A stretch of 64,000 bases of DNA from Callorhinchus milii (taxonomy: Eukaryota): the NCBI RefSeq assembly GCF_018977255.1, contig NW_024704742.1:27282001-27346000 (forward strand). Direction: 5' to 3'. Of this stretch, positions 25,236-38,640 are shown in pieces (positions within the stretch are counted from its first letter, which is position 1; every line of letters begins with the position of its first letter). Both the position numbers and the translations under genes were made by a program. The notes below the pieces were generated by a model. It was not told the DNA's origin and did no database searches. It was given only the letters and a program-made list of their open reading frames with translations.

Positions 25236-28200
25236 TGAAGGAAAATGCTTATTCCTGGCGATGGAATATCCAGTATGTACCTCATTATAGTACAAGGGCA
25301 TTTCAGCCACGGTCCCTGGAGGTTGATTTCTCAGCAAGACTGGGATCACATCACCTGCTATGAAAATGCCTGCATTTATACAGGCTTTGAAGCCCAAACT
25401 TGGAAACAACAAAAAAAAAAGAAAATGCTTTTTTAGTTCAGTCACACAGCATGCATATCTCTCTATGCAGTTGCAAATGAAGATCACAAACAGAACTGGT
25501 GGAATTGTTGGATGAAAACCTGGTGAAATTGTTGGATGATGGTGTTCTTAGTGTTAGGGGAAGGGGAGCAACGAGGGGAGGGGGAGGGGGACGGAGGCAA
25601 CTGCTAAAATAATTGGCTTGACGAACAAGACCCCAAGGTGCATGAATAAAAATTGATACTCTAAAGGCTCTTCAGCATAATCCACGGTAAAATAACAAAC
25701 ATTGAAAACTGAAATAAAGAGTTTAGAGCTTATTATAGCATAAGGTTGGATACCTTCCATTCCAACATAAAGCCACGCTGTCACAGTAAGTGTTCATCAT
25801 TACCATCAGTGGATAATGATTGTTTTGTTTAGCAAGCTGGGTTCTATTATTTGTTGAAGAGTGGTCTCTTCTTCAGTCAGATTGCTTTGTTGAATTAATC
25901 TGTTCACTAACACGTGATGATATCACACCTATTGGACATGTACCGAAGGAGCTGCAGAGAAGAATTGAACGTCGGAGTACGGTGAATTACACCTAAAGAA
26001 AAAACAATAATTAGATAATGCGCTGCAACCAAGAGTATCACAAAGATGTCTGTTTGGAAATTATAAGACATGTTTTAGTTATCAGTCGTACAGGGATAAT
26101 CCAGATGTGTCACAAGCTGTTGTTCGCAACACAGCTTCTCGTGCATATGGTGAATGTGGTGTGTGTGTGTGGAAACACTAATATGTAAGTGGATTAGCAT
26201 CTCTGCTCACTTGGAAAGTGCAAGCTTGATCTGGGGGATACATTGGAGATTGAGGTCTATGCCACCAATTTAGGAAAGGGCTACAATTTCTGTGGATCTT
26301 TATGAAAGCAGATGCCTGTTCAATAATTGAGCGGCAATAAAACCACCCAAACGACTATTCTTATTTCACTGAGAGATTGTATTGTGCAGTAATTGTAGGT
26401 TGAAGGTTTGGGTGATTAAATGAAAAGGGCGGTCCCTATTCTGGATGAGGCATGGAAGAAGCGACACAGACAAATTGTGTTTAAGGAGATGAAAGAACAA
26501 ATGCGAAATGTGGTATTATTATTTTATTTGTTGTGGGGAGAAGGAAAACAGCTGAATTCAGGTCAAGAACAGAAATGTCAGGATGGTGTTGACTCTTAAC
26601 TCTACATTTTGTAGACAGAGTTAGAATGCAGTGAAATTTAATGGGGTGAAAGACTGACCTGTATTGTGATGTTTATCAGAATCAGGCCAGTATTGTATGA
26701 AGTGACATTAAATACAGCTCTGTGGGTGGAAGGCAGTGACAATGTGGCAGCTCGAAGCTCTGGCTGGCTTTGTGCTGAACCATTGTGCCAAAGTCAGGAG
26801 GGGGAAGGGGGGAGTGGAGAGTGTTGTTCATTATTATCCATAATTAAAGACCGTTTTGTACCAGAGTTTTTAGTTAATGTAATAATTAGCACATCACATA
26901 CTTGTTGGGCAGGGAACGTGTCCCAATCAAAAGAAGAAAAGGTGTTAAATGTGTTCAAAAGGGAGTAGAGAAAAAAACATTACTGATGATCGAAAAAGCT
27001 CTGATAATGTCAGTTCACATGGTTCAGAAAGCAGGGACAAGAGGAAATTTGGTCTCCTTTCAAAGAGAAGACAGTTGGAGACTTACAGGGGTACTCTCCT
27101 TGAAGAAGCTAATTGAATTTGTTGCAATTACTAAACTAAAGAATAGAAGAAACTGAATATTTAATCGAAAATTATTCCTGAGTCATCACATGCAGTGACT
27201 AATACCATTTTCAATTTGATACTGCAAGCATTTCTGTGTGACATTTAGGCTTTGTACTTAGAGTCTATAATACCGTCTGACATTATTTCACCCTTTAGGT
27301 ACTTAAGGACTTTTTCAGCTCTCAAAATCCACAATTTTCTCTCTAATAAGCTGTGCAAAACATGACCAAATATAAACCTTCAGTAATGAGTGTTAAGAGT
27401 ACAAACCCAGAGCAATATTGCATTCCTTATTCCCTTCTAAAAATATTCAGCGTCTTGCGCTTTAGTTTGTTCCACATTTCGTTTTAATAAATTTTGAATC
27501 CAAGCCACGATGCACAAATAAGCAATAAACTGACAGCGCTGAATCAGATACAGTTTTAAATATAATGCAGCACTCAAACTATCTTTTAATAATAACAATC
27601 CTTGCACTTGATATAGCACCTGATCATGTCGTCAAGACGTCTCAAAGCACTTCATAGAAAATACTATAAAGTGGAGTGAATGTGCGTTTTGGGGGTAAAT
27701 GAGGTAGCCACTTGCCCACAGACGAGGTTGTATTAGAAAGAGTCTGAATCTGTACAGATAATTGTTGATTTTCTTGAAAACCCACCAAACTGTAGGCTCC
27801 TTGTACAATGAATTGGACCAATCAGAGATAATTTGAAAGGTCGCCTTTCACCCGGAAGAAGTTCACTTTCTTCCAACCCCACGACATTGCTCGTGTCCAC
27901 TTGCAATGTAGCTGAAACTGCTCCGTGCCTTTTGCCTGCTCCGCCTCGCTATCGGCGGATGAGCTTTCAGCCACTTTGCTCTGCCCTCTTCTGAAATCCC
28001 CCTGGTGTACCTCCTTCCACTCTGCTTCCAAATCACGACACAAGACCCATCTCTGACTACGACCTTAGTCAACTCCAAGCCCCAACACACAGACATATAC
28101 ACACACACAAACACTTAATTTTCCTCCCAGCTCAGGCTCTCACATTGTCTTTGTAAAACACTTTGAGTTGTTCTCCTTAGATGAAAGGTGAACGGTGCTC

Positions 28201-31200
28201 TCTAAATGCAACTTATTATTGCTGCCATTGACATTTTAAAAAAATCTTTGCTTGGGCATCCCTCCCTGTTATGCATTTGGAAGGATAAAAGATCTGGGTC
28301 TAGAACGTACTTCTTTGGTGACCTTTTCTTACCAGAGAAGCTGTACAACAACAACAAAAAAATTACATTTATTGAGCACCTTTCACGTCGGGAGTACGTC
28401 CCAAAGCGCTACATTCTCTGAATCGCTTTGTGACATCCTGCTGACACAAAAAGGCGCCGTATCAAATGCCGATATTATCATTATCTTAATCAAATCCCCA
28501 TCATGTTTCCTGATGCTTAGCTTGGCTTTCAGAAGCAGGAGAGTGGCACATAACTATAGCTGGGTGTCAGTGATGTACTGTCTAATAAATGTGAGGGGCA
28601 ATATATAAACACAAATTGTTGGATGCTCCAGAATATCCACTGGCAGAGTCCAAAGCTGAACCCATGGCCCATTTACTCTCACCAGCGGATGTTGTCTAAC
28701 TTGTAATTTGGGATCCAGTGCCTCAGTAAAACCGTAGATTGAACATCTCTGCAGCATTACTTTCTGTCACATCCGTTGGCCCCACACTTGTAGGATAGTG
28801 CAAGACTCAACAGTTGGGTGTTGGTCGTGGCTCTAATTGAAACAATCTGTCTTGGACCCTGCTCTCCTGTGCTGCAGCCTAAACACAGGCTCAAACAAAT
28901 GCAACAAGTACATTCAACCTTCTTACTGCCTCAAGACCTTTCATTTTGACTGTGCTTTTGTCACTTTTCTCCTTCTCCTCCTTCCTCGGCTCTCCTCACC
29001 CCCAGTTTGGGTTCCGAGTAGGCTATGTGAAGCACTTTGGTGCAGCCTTGCGATGTGAAAGGCGCTCTATAAGTGTTCAACTGTTGTTATTAGCAACAAC
29101 TTCAGTGAATGTATGATTGATATCATTACTAACATCTAGGTTAATAACGGTAACAGTGAAACTAGTTTAACTCGCCTGCTGCTTGCACGATTTGCCTTTC
29201 CACTTTCTCTGGGTCTCTGTGATTCACCCTCCTGATATTTGCATTACTCCATCAGGACAAAGAGAATATAAATTTTAATAAAAGGTTAAGAGAAGGATAG
29301 AAAATACTGTGGTAATCATTTTAGTTTATAAGTCATTTAAAATATTGAATGCAAATGTTATTGGGCATTATTTTGCCTTGTGGCCATTCAGCGCTTCACC
29401 ATATCTGGGATCAGGAAATTGCTCCCTAGAGTATCTTGAGAAGAATTCTGAGTCCTGTCACTCCAATAATAATATTTATTGTGTGTTATGTCATGGCATT
29501 TAAGTTAGTCATATTAGAGAATCTATCCCCAGGGCATCATGGCGACATCTGTATTGGAAGCAAGTACATTTTTCACCAGTTGTTCAAACCATTTACGCAC
29601 TGCAGATTTATTATGAATCGATCAGAATTGGTGCCCTAAATGTGTTGAAGTTCTTTGAAATCGACTGACCTAATCTTATGCAAGGCCGCATTTGGTTTAT
29701 AATGCTTTATACTATATGACTCTGAGAATACTCCTCTGCGTGCAACTCATCCCAGATCTTATTTATATTATCATTAAATTTCCAGTTTAAGACCCGCATT
29801 ATTCACAATGCTTAACCTGAGGACTTTTTCTGGATAGAATAGGAGAGTATTTAATAGCTTGTACTTTTCAGTCACCATAATTCTTTTAGCCTTCTGGAGG
29901 GATCGCTGGATGGAAAGCCAAGACTTTTGTTTTTATCTGTATGTTATGCTATAATTCACCACTATTACCATGTACCAGCAAAGCCTTAGATATGTGATTC
30001 ACTGCGGGGGTGAAAGACTGCTTTGAAATACAGGGAGATGAGAGGACACACCTTAGTGCCAGAGATCTGAAGACTGTCTCAGTGTGGAAAGCTAACTGAC
30101 TCTTATGAATGCAAGTATGCGTGAGGTACAGCAATACTGGAGTTCCTTATGTGTGGCGTAATCCCTCTGTCTCACACCCTCCCTCTCTTCTTTTAAAACC
30201 TATCTTATTGCAACTTTGGCCACTTCCCTTCCCCCCATCCCCCCCAACCATATTCCACCCAGCTCGGCAGTCCCACCTTATCTCTGTAAAGCATTTTGAG
30301 ATGTTCTCCTATGTGAAAGCCACTATTTAACTAAAAGTTGTTTTTGTGGACTTGGCTTCAACAGTTCAGTAAGCAATCTATATTTTAACAACACTGCAAA
30401 ACATTGCTTCGAACAACCCGCTTTTTTCTTCTTGCGATGGGACGTAGTTTGGCCTTAAGTATCAAGGATGAATGCAAGAGTTGCTAGGTAACCCAATCCT
30501 TTAAACCATAGAGCTTTGATGCTGTTTCTTCTTCCTTTATGCACCTCTCTTTGATGCAGAGTGTATGCTTGAACCAGAATACCACTACTTTACGGTTGCA
30601 TCAAGAGATTTTGTTTTTCATGGCGTACAGGAGAGAGGGAACAATCATCATACCTTGAGTTTGCCAGCGTTGCACAATCCTCCAGTACATTCCCAAGCTG
30701 CTTAACACAGACAGAAACAAGCTGCCTAAACAACAGTTAGACTTAGCAACTCTGTCAGAACGTCGAGGAACAATGAGTATAGACATTGTTTTTACAAACT
30801 TTTAAATATATTTTAAATCCTGACTCCAACTCCCATTCCCCATTTCCATCAGCAATGATTCAGGCTGGATGGAGGAGATTCAGGCTAGTTGCTTTGAAAA
30901 ACTAATTGAACCGCTACAATACAAAGTTACATTTGCATAGCGACTTTCACGTTGGGAAGACATCCCAAGGCACTGGACAGTCATGTATTTGGACCCAAGC
31001 TGGGGGTGTTGGGATTAGGGTTTGTGGATTTCCGGCATTTTCTGTGTAAATACACAGAATAAAAGTGTAAATAAAAGTTTTAGGGGCCGGGTGTGGGGGT
31101 GTCACACAACTCAATTAGATATTCAGTAATTGTTGAATTTGTTGTGAAACATTGTGTATTTCACTTACGCTATCGACTTATCCTTGTAAATGCAAATTCT

Positions 31201-32479
31201 GATATCAGAACATGTAATTTATTTTCCAATAAATTTGATTTCCTCTGGATTATTGGCTCAAGCCACAAGTTTAGACTTTCAGTTCATAATCTCAGTTGAT
31301 ACTGTAGTGCATTACCGGGAAAGTCAGAGGTACCTTCAAGATGAAATATCAAACCCAGACCCCATCTACCTGTTCAGGTGTGTGTTAAAGAATTATCTCA
31401 CACTGGCTTTACTCTTTGAAAAGAGAAGGGAGTCTCCCAGTGTCCTGCCCAACAATTCTCCAGATAAATTAACCATTCACTTCATGGCTGTTTGGGGAAC
31501 CTTGATGTGCACAAATTGGTTTGCTTAGAAATATGCAGTCACTGCACTCGCCAACAATTCTCAGCAAAGCGCTTTGAGACATTTAAACATTATGGGCATG
31601 TGTTTTATTATTATTATTATTGTTATTAAGTGTGACTATCTACTGTGCTGTTGTCTTTTACAACACAAGCTAACAAAGTTAGGTGCTCTGTCATCTCGTG
31701 TCCAGGCAGTGATTTTGATCAAAAAGCATAATAATGTGTAACAGCAGATAAGTACTTAGTGAGTTGCGGCATGCGGTGTTCCCTCCAATAGGCTTATAAA
31801 CTCACATTATCTAATGAATGAAATGAAAGCGAAGCACAGTGATTAAAGCCAGTGTGAGATGCAGTAATTAGAAATGAATTATTACCCCCGTGTGTTTGGT
31901 ATACAGGCCCCCTCTTTCATTTGATTGCATGGTGATGAGTTGAGATGACACAAAATGAGTGAGGATATATGAGACCATCTACTCCACTGCTCGAGAAAAT
32001 ATGTTTTATCCACTTCATGTCTACTTATCTCCACCCATTTTCCTGTTAGTGAATTCCCACTGTGGCTACTTAAGCACTTCTGAAGTCCATTCTTCAAAGG
32101 TGTGAATCAGTACTCATTTCAGAGACAACTTCTGAGATCCGCATGATCAAATGAATTTGTCATACACCCAGGACCACTCTTGCTGGTGCAGATAATGGGC
32201 TTGTTATTATCCAGGCATGAGAGACCCTGACTGAAATTTGAATAGAAGTGAATAGTGCAGGACCAGAGAAGTCACCAAATCACAAGGTACCGGAATTAAC
32301 AGCTGTACTGCAGTCACATCCATGCTTGTGCATATCCTATATAAAATGCCAATTTTACCTGGCGATTGTTTGCTAGGATGCTAAGAGCAACTCCCTTCTC
32401 TTTTGAATAGTGCCATGGCATCTGTAATGTGCATCCGAACAGGTATAAGGGCCCTCGGTTTAACATTTGATTCAATGGG

Positions 32480-32925
32480 CAGTTGGTAGCAACCTCGCCG
32501 CTGAGTCAGAGATTGTGGGACCCATGTCAGGACTTTGAACTCAGAGTCTAGACTAATGTTGCAGAGTTGGGGAAGCAGTGCATTGCTGGAGGTGCTGCCC
32601 TTCAAATGAGACATTAAACCGAGGTCCTGTTTACCCGTTCGGGTGGACATTAGAGATCCTATGGTACTATTCAAAAAGAGAAGTGTGTTTCCCTCAGTGT
32701 CATACAACAACAATTTACATTTATATGGCGCCTTTCACGTCGGAAGGAACAATTTGCCAGATAACATTGTTCATTCACTTCATGACTGTTTGTGGTACAT
32801 TGCTGTGTCAAATGGGGTATTGTGTTCACCAACAAAATACAATCACTACACATTACAGTAAATGCTATGAAGAGGACAAGTCCTCCTTATGTGAAAGATG
32901 CTATGGTAAATGCAAAGATTATTAA
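32480..32925 (+). mobile_element. DeuSINE with internal L2-tail fragment, preceded by an inverted Deu fragment at ~32392-32470
   Basis: Deu domain ATGAGACATTAAACCGAGGTCC..GGTGGACATTAGAGATCC; L2-like 3' tail. Confidence 0.7.
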
Positions 32926-33050
32926 TAGTAAAGTGTGTGTGAAGGCATTCTTTGAGAAACAGAGAGATAACATATAAGTTGGGGTATGTTACAAGGCAGT
33001 ATTTCAGAGAATTGGCTCAGAGTTTAGTAATTGGCCTGGTTCTAGTTTCT

Positions 33051-33831
33051 CTCCACCTCTCAAAGCCAGTCAGGAACCTCGGTGTTCTGTTCGACCCTGA
33101 GCTGTCCTTCCTCATATCCGCGCCACAACTGGCACTGCCTTCCGTCACCTCCGGAACATCGCCAGGCTACGGCACTACCTCACCCCTCACGCTGCTGAAA
33201 CTCTGGTCCACGTCTTTATCACCTCAAGGCTGGACTATGGGAACTCTCTCCTCGCCGGCCTTTCCAGCACCTCCCTCCACAAGCTGCAGGTCATTCAGAA
33301 CTCTGCAACTCGTGTACTGTCCCGCACCAGGCTTCGGGACCACATCACTCCCACCCTCGCTCGCCTCCACTGGCTCCCCATCCCCCAGAGGATCGAATTC
33401 AAGATCCTCATCCTCACCTACAAGGCCATTCACGGCCTTGCTCCCTCCTACCTCTCCGACCTACTATGCCCCTACTTACCTGCTCGTACCTTCCGTTCCT
33501 CTGGCTCCGGTCTGCTCCACATCCCCCGCCCCAACCGCCCTACCATCAGTGGCTGGGCCTCAGCCTCTCAGCCCCGAGGCTCTGGAACTCCATCCCCGAG
33601 TGCCTTCGCCGCCTCCTCCCTTTCCTCCTTCAAGGCCTGTCTCAAGACCTTTCTCTTTGACCTTGCCTTCAGCTCCCCTCTCGACTCTCTACCCCCTCCT
33701 CGCTCCCTCCCTTCCCTCCCCTCACCCTGACCATTTCCCCCCTGCTCGGGTCCTGACCCAACTGTACAGCGCCTTGGGACGTTCTCCCGATGTGAAAGGC
33801 GCTCTATAAATGGAATCTTGTTGTTGTTGTT
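33051..33831 (+). mobile_element. L2 3' fragment, same young subfamily as the copy at 273-2213
   Basis: Near-identical to the reverse complement of ~273-1068; the alternative-frame ORF translations are almost the same. Ends in (TTG)n. Confidence 0.95.
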
Positions 33832-34324
33832 TAAGTGGGCCATATAGAGCATGGTTTTCAGGTTTCCTTGGCAGATAAACAGATATACTGATCAACAGAT
33901 AAGCATTGTATGGATCTGGTAATTACAACTCATGTGTTCCAGAGACAGTAACTTTCACACTAATGGTATTTGTTTTTACAATATCCTAATGATACCAACG
34001 AGGAGCTAATAAAACGTTGTAGTATCAGCAAATAATAAAAACCTTACAGATTTTATTTTTTATTTGTTTTATTTCCTGATCAGCTGTAAGAGTGATGAGG
34101 GATGCAATACATTAAATGCTGACCAGTTGCATTAAAGCTAAATGTTTTGGATGATCATTCAGCAAATGAAAATAATATCATGAAAGTAAATTGTGTGCCT
34201 GTGTTTACTTACAATACTAAATTGGTTTTAAATTATGGCACTAATGGGCTTTTAAATGTGGTGATTTCAAATGGGGCTGCTGAGGGGAGGGGGGAAATTG
34301 CAACATGTGATGTGTTAATTACCA

Positions 34325-35190
34325 CTGGTGAACGGAGGGAGCAGACAGGTTGATAGGGGGTCAGCAGGTCAGAGGGGTAGGAGGGGGCAAGGCCGTGGAG
34401 GGCCTCAAAAGTGAGGACGAGGATTTTGAATTTTAGCCTCCAGGGGATGGGGAGCAGGGGGAACGGTGGGAGTGATGGGGTCACGGAGCCTGGTGTGGGA
34501 GTGGACACGAGGCTGCAGAGTTCCTGATGATCTGCAGCTTGTGAAGGGAAGTTTGGGGAGGCTGACGAGGTGGGAGTTTCCATAGTCAAGCCTTGAGGTG
34601 ACGAATGTGTGTATGAGGGTTTCGGCGGCCTGAGGGGTGAGGTTGTGGCGGAGTCGGGCAATGTTGCGGAGGTGGGGGAAGGCAGAGCGGGACATGGCAT
34701 GGATATGGGGGAGAAATGACAGTTGAGGGTTGAACAAGATGTCCAGGTTCCTGACTGGCTTGGTGAGGTGGAGTGTGCAACCGTGGATGCTGATTCTGCG
34801 AGTGCCTGAGGTGCGGAGGCGCGGGCATGAGACAATCGGGAGAGCCTCGGTCTTGCTGACATTCAGCTGTAGAAAGTTAGCTCTCATCCAGGACTTGATG
34901 TTGTCCTGGAGTCGAGGGTGGAGGCAGAGCGATAGAGTTGGGTGTCATCCGCGTCCATGTGGAAATTAACCCCATGTCTGTGGATGATGTCACCAAGGGG
35001 GAGCATATAGAGCTTGAAGAGGAGGGGACCGAGGCCAGAGCCCTGAGGAACACAACACAAGACTGTGAGGGGGGCTGGAAGAGAAATCGTTGGTGGAGAC
35101 AAATTGGAGACGGTGTGAGAGATAAGACCTGAACCATTCAAGGACAGAACCTTGAAGGTTAAGGTGAGAGTAGAGGCAGTGGAGGAGGTA
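34325..35190 (-). mobile_element. L2 internal/3' fragment
   Basis: Encodes [32 protein letters not shown] and NFLQLNVSKTEAL..SRLDYGN. Confidence 0.9.
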
Positions 35191-36220
35191 AAGAAGTAGA
35201 TAAGTAAACAAGATCCATCAGTGTGACTCACCCTCCTGCCCTTCTTTATCACTGTTTGGCTCCGTAAATTGTACTTTCAAGTTGCAGGCTCAAGTCAGTG
35301 GAGTGTTGGGTCACAGGGTACCAACATAACTCCTAACTCTTTCTGTTGATTTAAACCAGTATTCCACAGAGATGGATGATTAACAGATCCACATCGCAAT
35401 TTTCACCCTAGGATTCTTCAATAAAGGAATTCAGTTTGAAATCAATGCATTGTAGATCCCATTGTCTTTAAATATCTGCAATGCTTTTCTTTCATGTTGT
35501 CCTATTTAGCTCCTGTTCTAGCTTGTGTTTGAAAAAAAGAGTAATTGAAGCGAGTAATTAGTTACTGGAGGTAGTAATTAATTCCTTGATCTTTTTCCAA
35601 ATATATTTATTCCTTGATATATTACAAAGGATAACATACATTTTCATAAATTGCTGTGGCATCATAATACCTAGCCATGACCTAACCTATACAATCTTGA
35701 CGTGTTAACCGCAATCTCAGTTTGTAGACATTTATCGCACAGTTATGAAGAGATGATTCCCCAGACATGCTCCATAATTAATTGGGACTATGATTAGATG
35801 AAACAGATGGGTTTTCTCTCTAGATCCCTCTTCACAGCACTCTGTGTCCTATTAACACCAGGTAAAGATGCCTTTTGAGTGCTTCGATTACAAACTCATC
35901 CTCTCATTAACACATGTATTAATATTTTAAGTGCAATCCTGGCTGATGTCTCACCCTCAGTCACCCATACTGATCAGTTGGATAATTTAGAGACGGTACC
36001 TTTCACAGTATAATCTTTCGTTTATTCCTGAATTGACTGTTCGCTTGCAGGAAGATATGCTATGCATTGCAACAAATGAGAAAGGAGGTTTGGTTGAAGT
36101 GGAGTGGTGAGATCTTTCCATTACTTCCAAGTATGGGTTAAAACTATTCAAATTTGACACTCATAGCAAATATAGACCTTCTGCCTCTGTCCTCTCCAGT
36201 GGTCATGATACAGGATTATC

Positions 36221-36352
36221 TGTGTGAATGAAGCAGGGTCACACAGTGTGAGACTGAACCAGGGTCACACAGTGTGAACAAAATAGGGTCACCCAGTGTG
36301 AATGAACCAGGGTCCAAATGTATGAATGAAACATGGTCACACTGTGTAAATG
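36221..36352. repeat. Minisatellite, about 5 copies of a ~24-bp unit
   Basis: Unit approximately GTGTGAATGAACCAGGGTCACACA, tandem and degenerate. Confidence 0.8.
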
Positions 36353-36489
36353 ATTGTGTGCATCACATTTGTATGAACAAAGGGCACTCTTCGTGAGGGA
36401 TATCAGCAGGATTGGGAAAGTACAGCACCTTCTGTGTGTAGAAAGCAATGTTTGTTATATGAACACTAATCCTGGTGTTTAATATAACA

Positions 36490-37755
36490 CTTGATCACAT
36501 CATCAAAACATCATCAAAACACCTCAAAGTGCTCCACAAGATTGAACTGCAAAGTGTAGTGACTGTATTTGTAATAGCCAATTTGCAGGCAACAAATACC
36601 CCACAAACAGCCATTAGGCAAATAATAATAATAATAATCCTTGCATTTGATATAGCGCTTTTCATATCTTCTAGACATCTCAAAGCGCTTCAAAGAATAT
36701 ACTGTATATTTGTGGGCAAAATGTGGCAGCTGATTGTGCACAGCAGTGTCCCACAAACAGTCGTGGATTGAGTGACCAAATTATTATTATTTTTTTTAAG
36801 GTTTATTATACCTGGAAAAGCAATCCGCCAATTGACTAACAACCGGGTTCCTACTTATTGCTAGATAAACAGAAGTGTGTGGAGTAATGAAACTTGCCCA
36901 ACATTTCGCCCTGCCAGGAATCGAACCCAGTTTCTCTCGCTTGCAAGTGCTCTAACCATTGAACTACAGGCAGGGCGAAACCTTTGGCAAGTGTCCTTAC
37001 TCCACATGCCTAATAATAATCCCTCCAAAACCAAAAACAATAATAAGTTGGTCATTTTCAATCTACGACTGTTTGTGGGACATTGCTGTGTGCAATTGGC
37101 TGCCGCGTTCGCCCACAAATATACAGTTAATGCACTTTACAGTGTGTTCTGAAGCGCTTTGGGATGTCCTTCCAACGTAAAAAGCGCTATATCAGATGCA
37201 AGGATTATTATTATTATTACAGGACTCCAAATAACCAGTTTTTAAATTTGTTGGCCAAGACACTAGTAGAAACTTCTTTCTCTTTTGAAATAGTGCCATA
37301 GACCTTTAACAATCCCTCCAAAAACGTTTTGATTATAATTTGGTCACTTAATCCACGATTGTTTGTGGGGCACTGCTGTGCGCAATTGGCTGCAGCATTT
37401 CACCCACAAAACTTAGTCAATTCACTTTACAGTATATTCTCTAAAGCTTTTTGAGACGTCTAGAAGATGTGATAAGGCGCTGTATCAAATGCAAGCTTAT
37501 TATTATTATTATCCAGCTGAACAGGCAGATGGGACCTTGGATTAACATCTCATCTGAAAGACAGACCTTAAATAATGCAACACATCCCCCACCACTGCTA
37601 AGTGTCAACAACAACAACAAGATTATATTTGTATAGCACCTTTCACATCGGGAGGACATCCCAATTATGATTATGAGTATCAAATTCCTTACTTGAGGCT
37701 TGAACCCATAACATCTCTTAGGAACAATAGTGATATTAACTGAGCTTGGCTGATT
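36490..37755. mobile_element. Cluster of SINE2 and DeuSINE copies, including a head-to-head SINE2 pair (36625-36969 minus, 36969-37220 plus)
   Basis: Minus-strand tRNA head GTTCAATGGTTAGAGCAC..GGTTCGATTCC. Mirrored bodies GACTGTTTGTGGGACA.TGCTGTG; several L2-type tails. Confidence 0.8.
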
Positions 37756-38239
37756 CCTTTTTGCAATCAATTCTAGAGTCTATGGAGTGCTCACTCCCAA
37801 TAAACAGTTAGTTTGGGCAATTGTTTGTTTCCAATTCCAGCATGCAGAGATTGATTCTCGCGTGGTTAACCTTTGCTGGATCATTAAAGCCAGGAACATT
37901 TAGAGGGAAAAAGATTGAGTGTTTATCACGTCTTATCACACTGAAGCATCACAAAACACTCTACAATAATTATCGTGTGTGAAATGTTTGTTTTCGTAGG
38001 TAAACAGCACACAAGATAATCGATTGACCAGTTTTATGTAGAGTATTATGGGCCAGTACAGTGTCAATAGTTTCATGGGGTCTTTAACATCCACCTGAAC
38101 AGCTAGTCAGGACCTTAGTTTAATGTATCATCCAAAGTATTTTTTGTTGGTCAGCCACTGTCCATTATGTATGGCACACAACCATCACCATTTAAGAGTA
38201 TCCATGACTGAGAATTCCACATTTTTATACCATAGCTAA

Positions 38240-38640
38240 AAGAATTAACAATAAGGACAGGTTGCATAAACCAGGCTTGTTTTTCCTTGAGTTCAGAAGG
38301 TTGAGGAGTGATCTAATTGAAGTGTTTACATTGATAAAGGGATTTGATAGGGTAGGTACAGAGAAGTTATTTCCTCTGATGCGGGAATCCAGAACAAGGG
38401 GACATCGTTTTAAAATTAGAGCTAGGCCATTTAAGAGTGAAATCAGGAAGCACCTTTTCACACAAAGGATAGTGATGGTGGATCAATTCACATTTTCAAG
38501 GCTGATGTTGTTAGATTTTTTTTAGGTAAGGGAATCAAGAGATATGGAGCAAAGGCGGGTAAATGGAGATCAACCATGAACTATTAGAATAAGCAGAACA
38601 AGCTTGAAATAGCCTACTCCTGTTCCTATGTTCCTATGTT
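38240..38640 (+). mobile_element. CR1 3' fragment (ORF2 C-terminus plus 3' UTR)
   Basis: Encodes LEFRRLRSDLIEVF..TRGHRFKI..RKHLFTQRIV; tail (TTCCTATG)2. Confidence 0.9.

Noticed and set aside
31882..32330. Cys-containing minus-strand frames
   Set aside because: Too many stops and no recognisable motif to separate them from chance.
36221..36352. Regularly spaced repeats as a possible CRISPR array
   Set aside because: Tandem units without unique spacers in vertebrate DNA; this is a minisatellite.
36900..36969. tRNA-like A/B boxes (also at 39265-39325, 46350-46410 and 48715-48735)
   Set aside because: They are SINE heads continuous with SINE bodies, with no complete cloverleaf.
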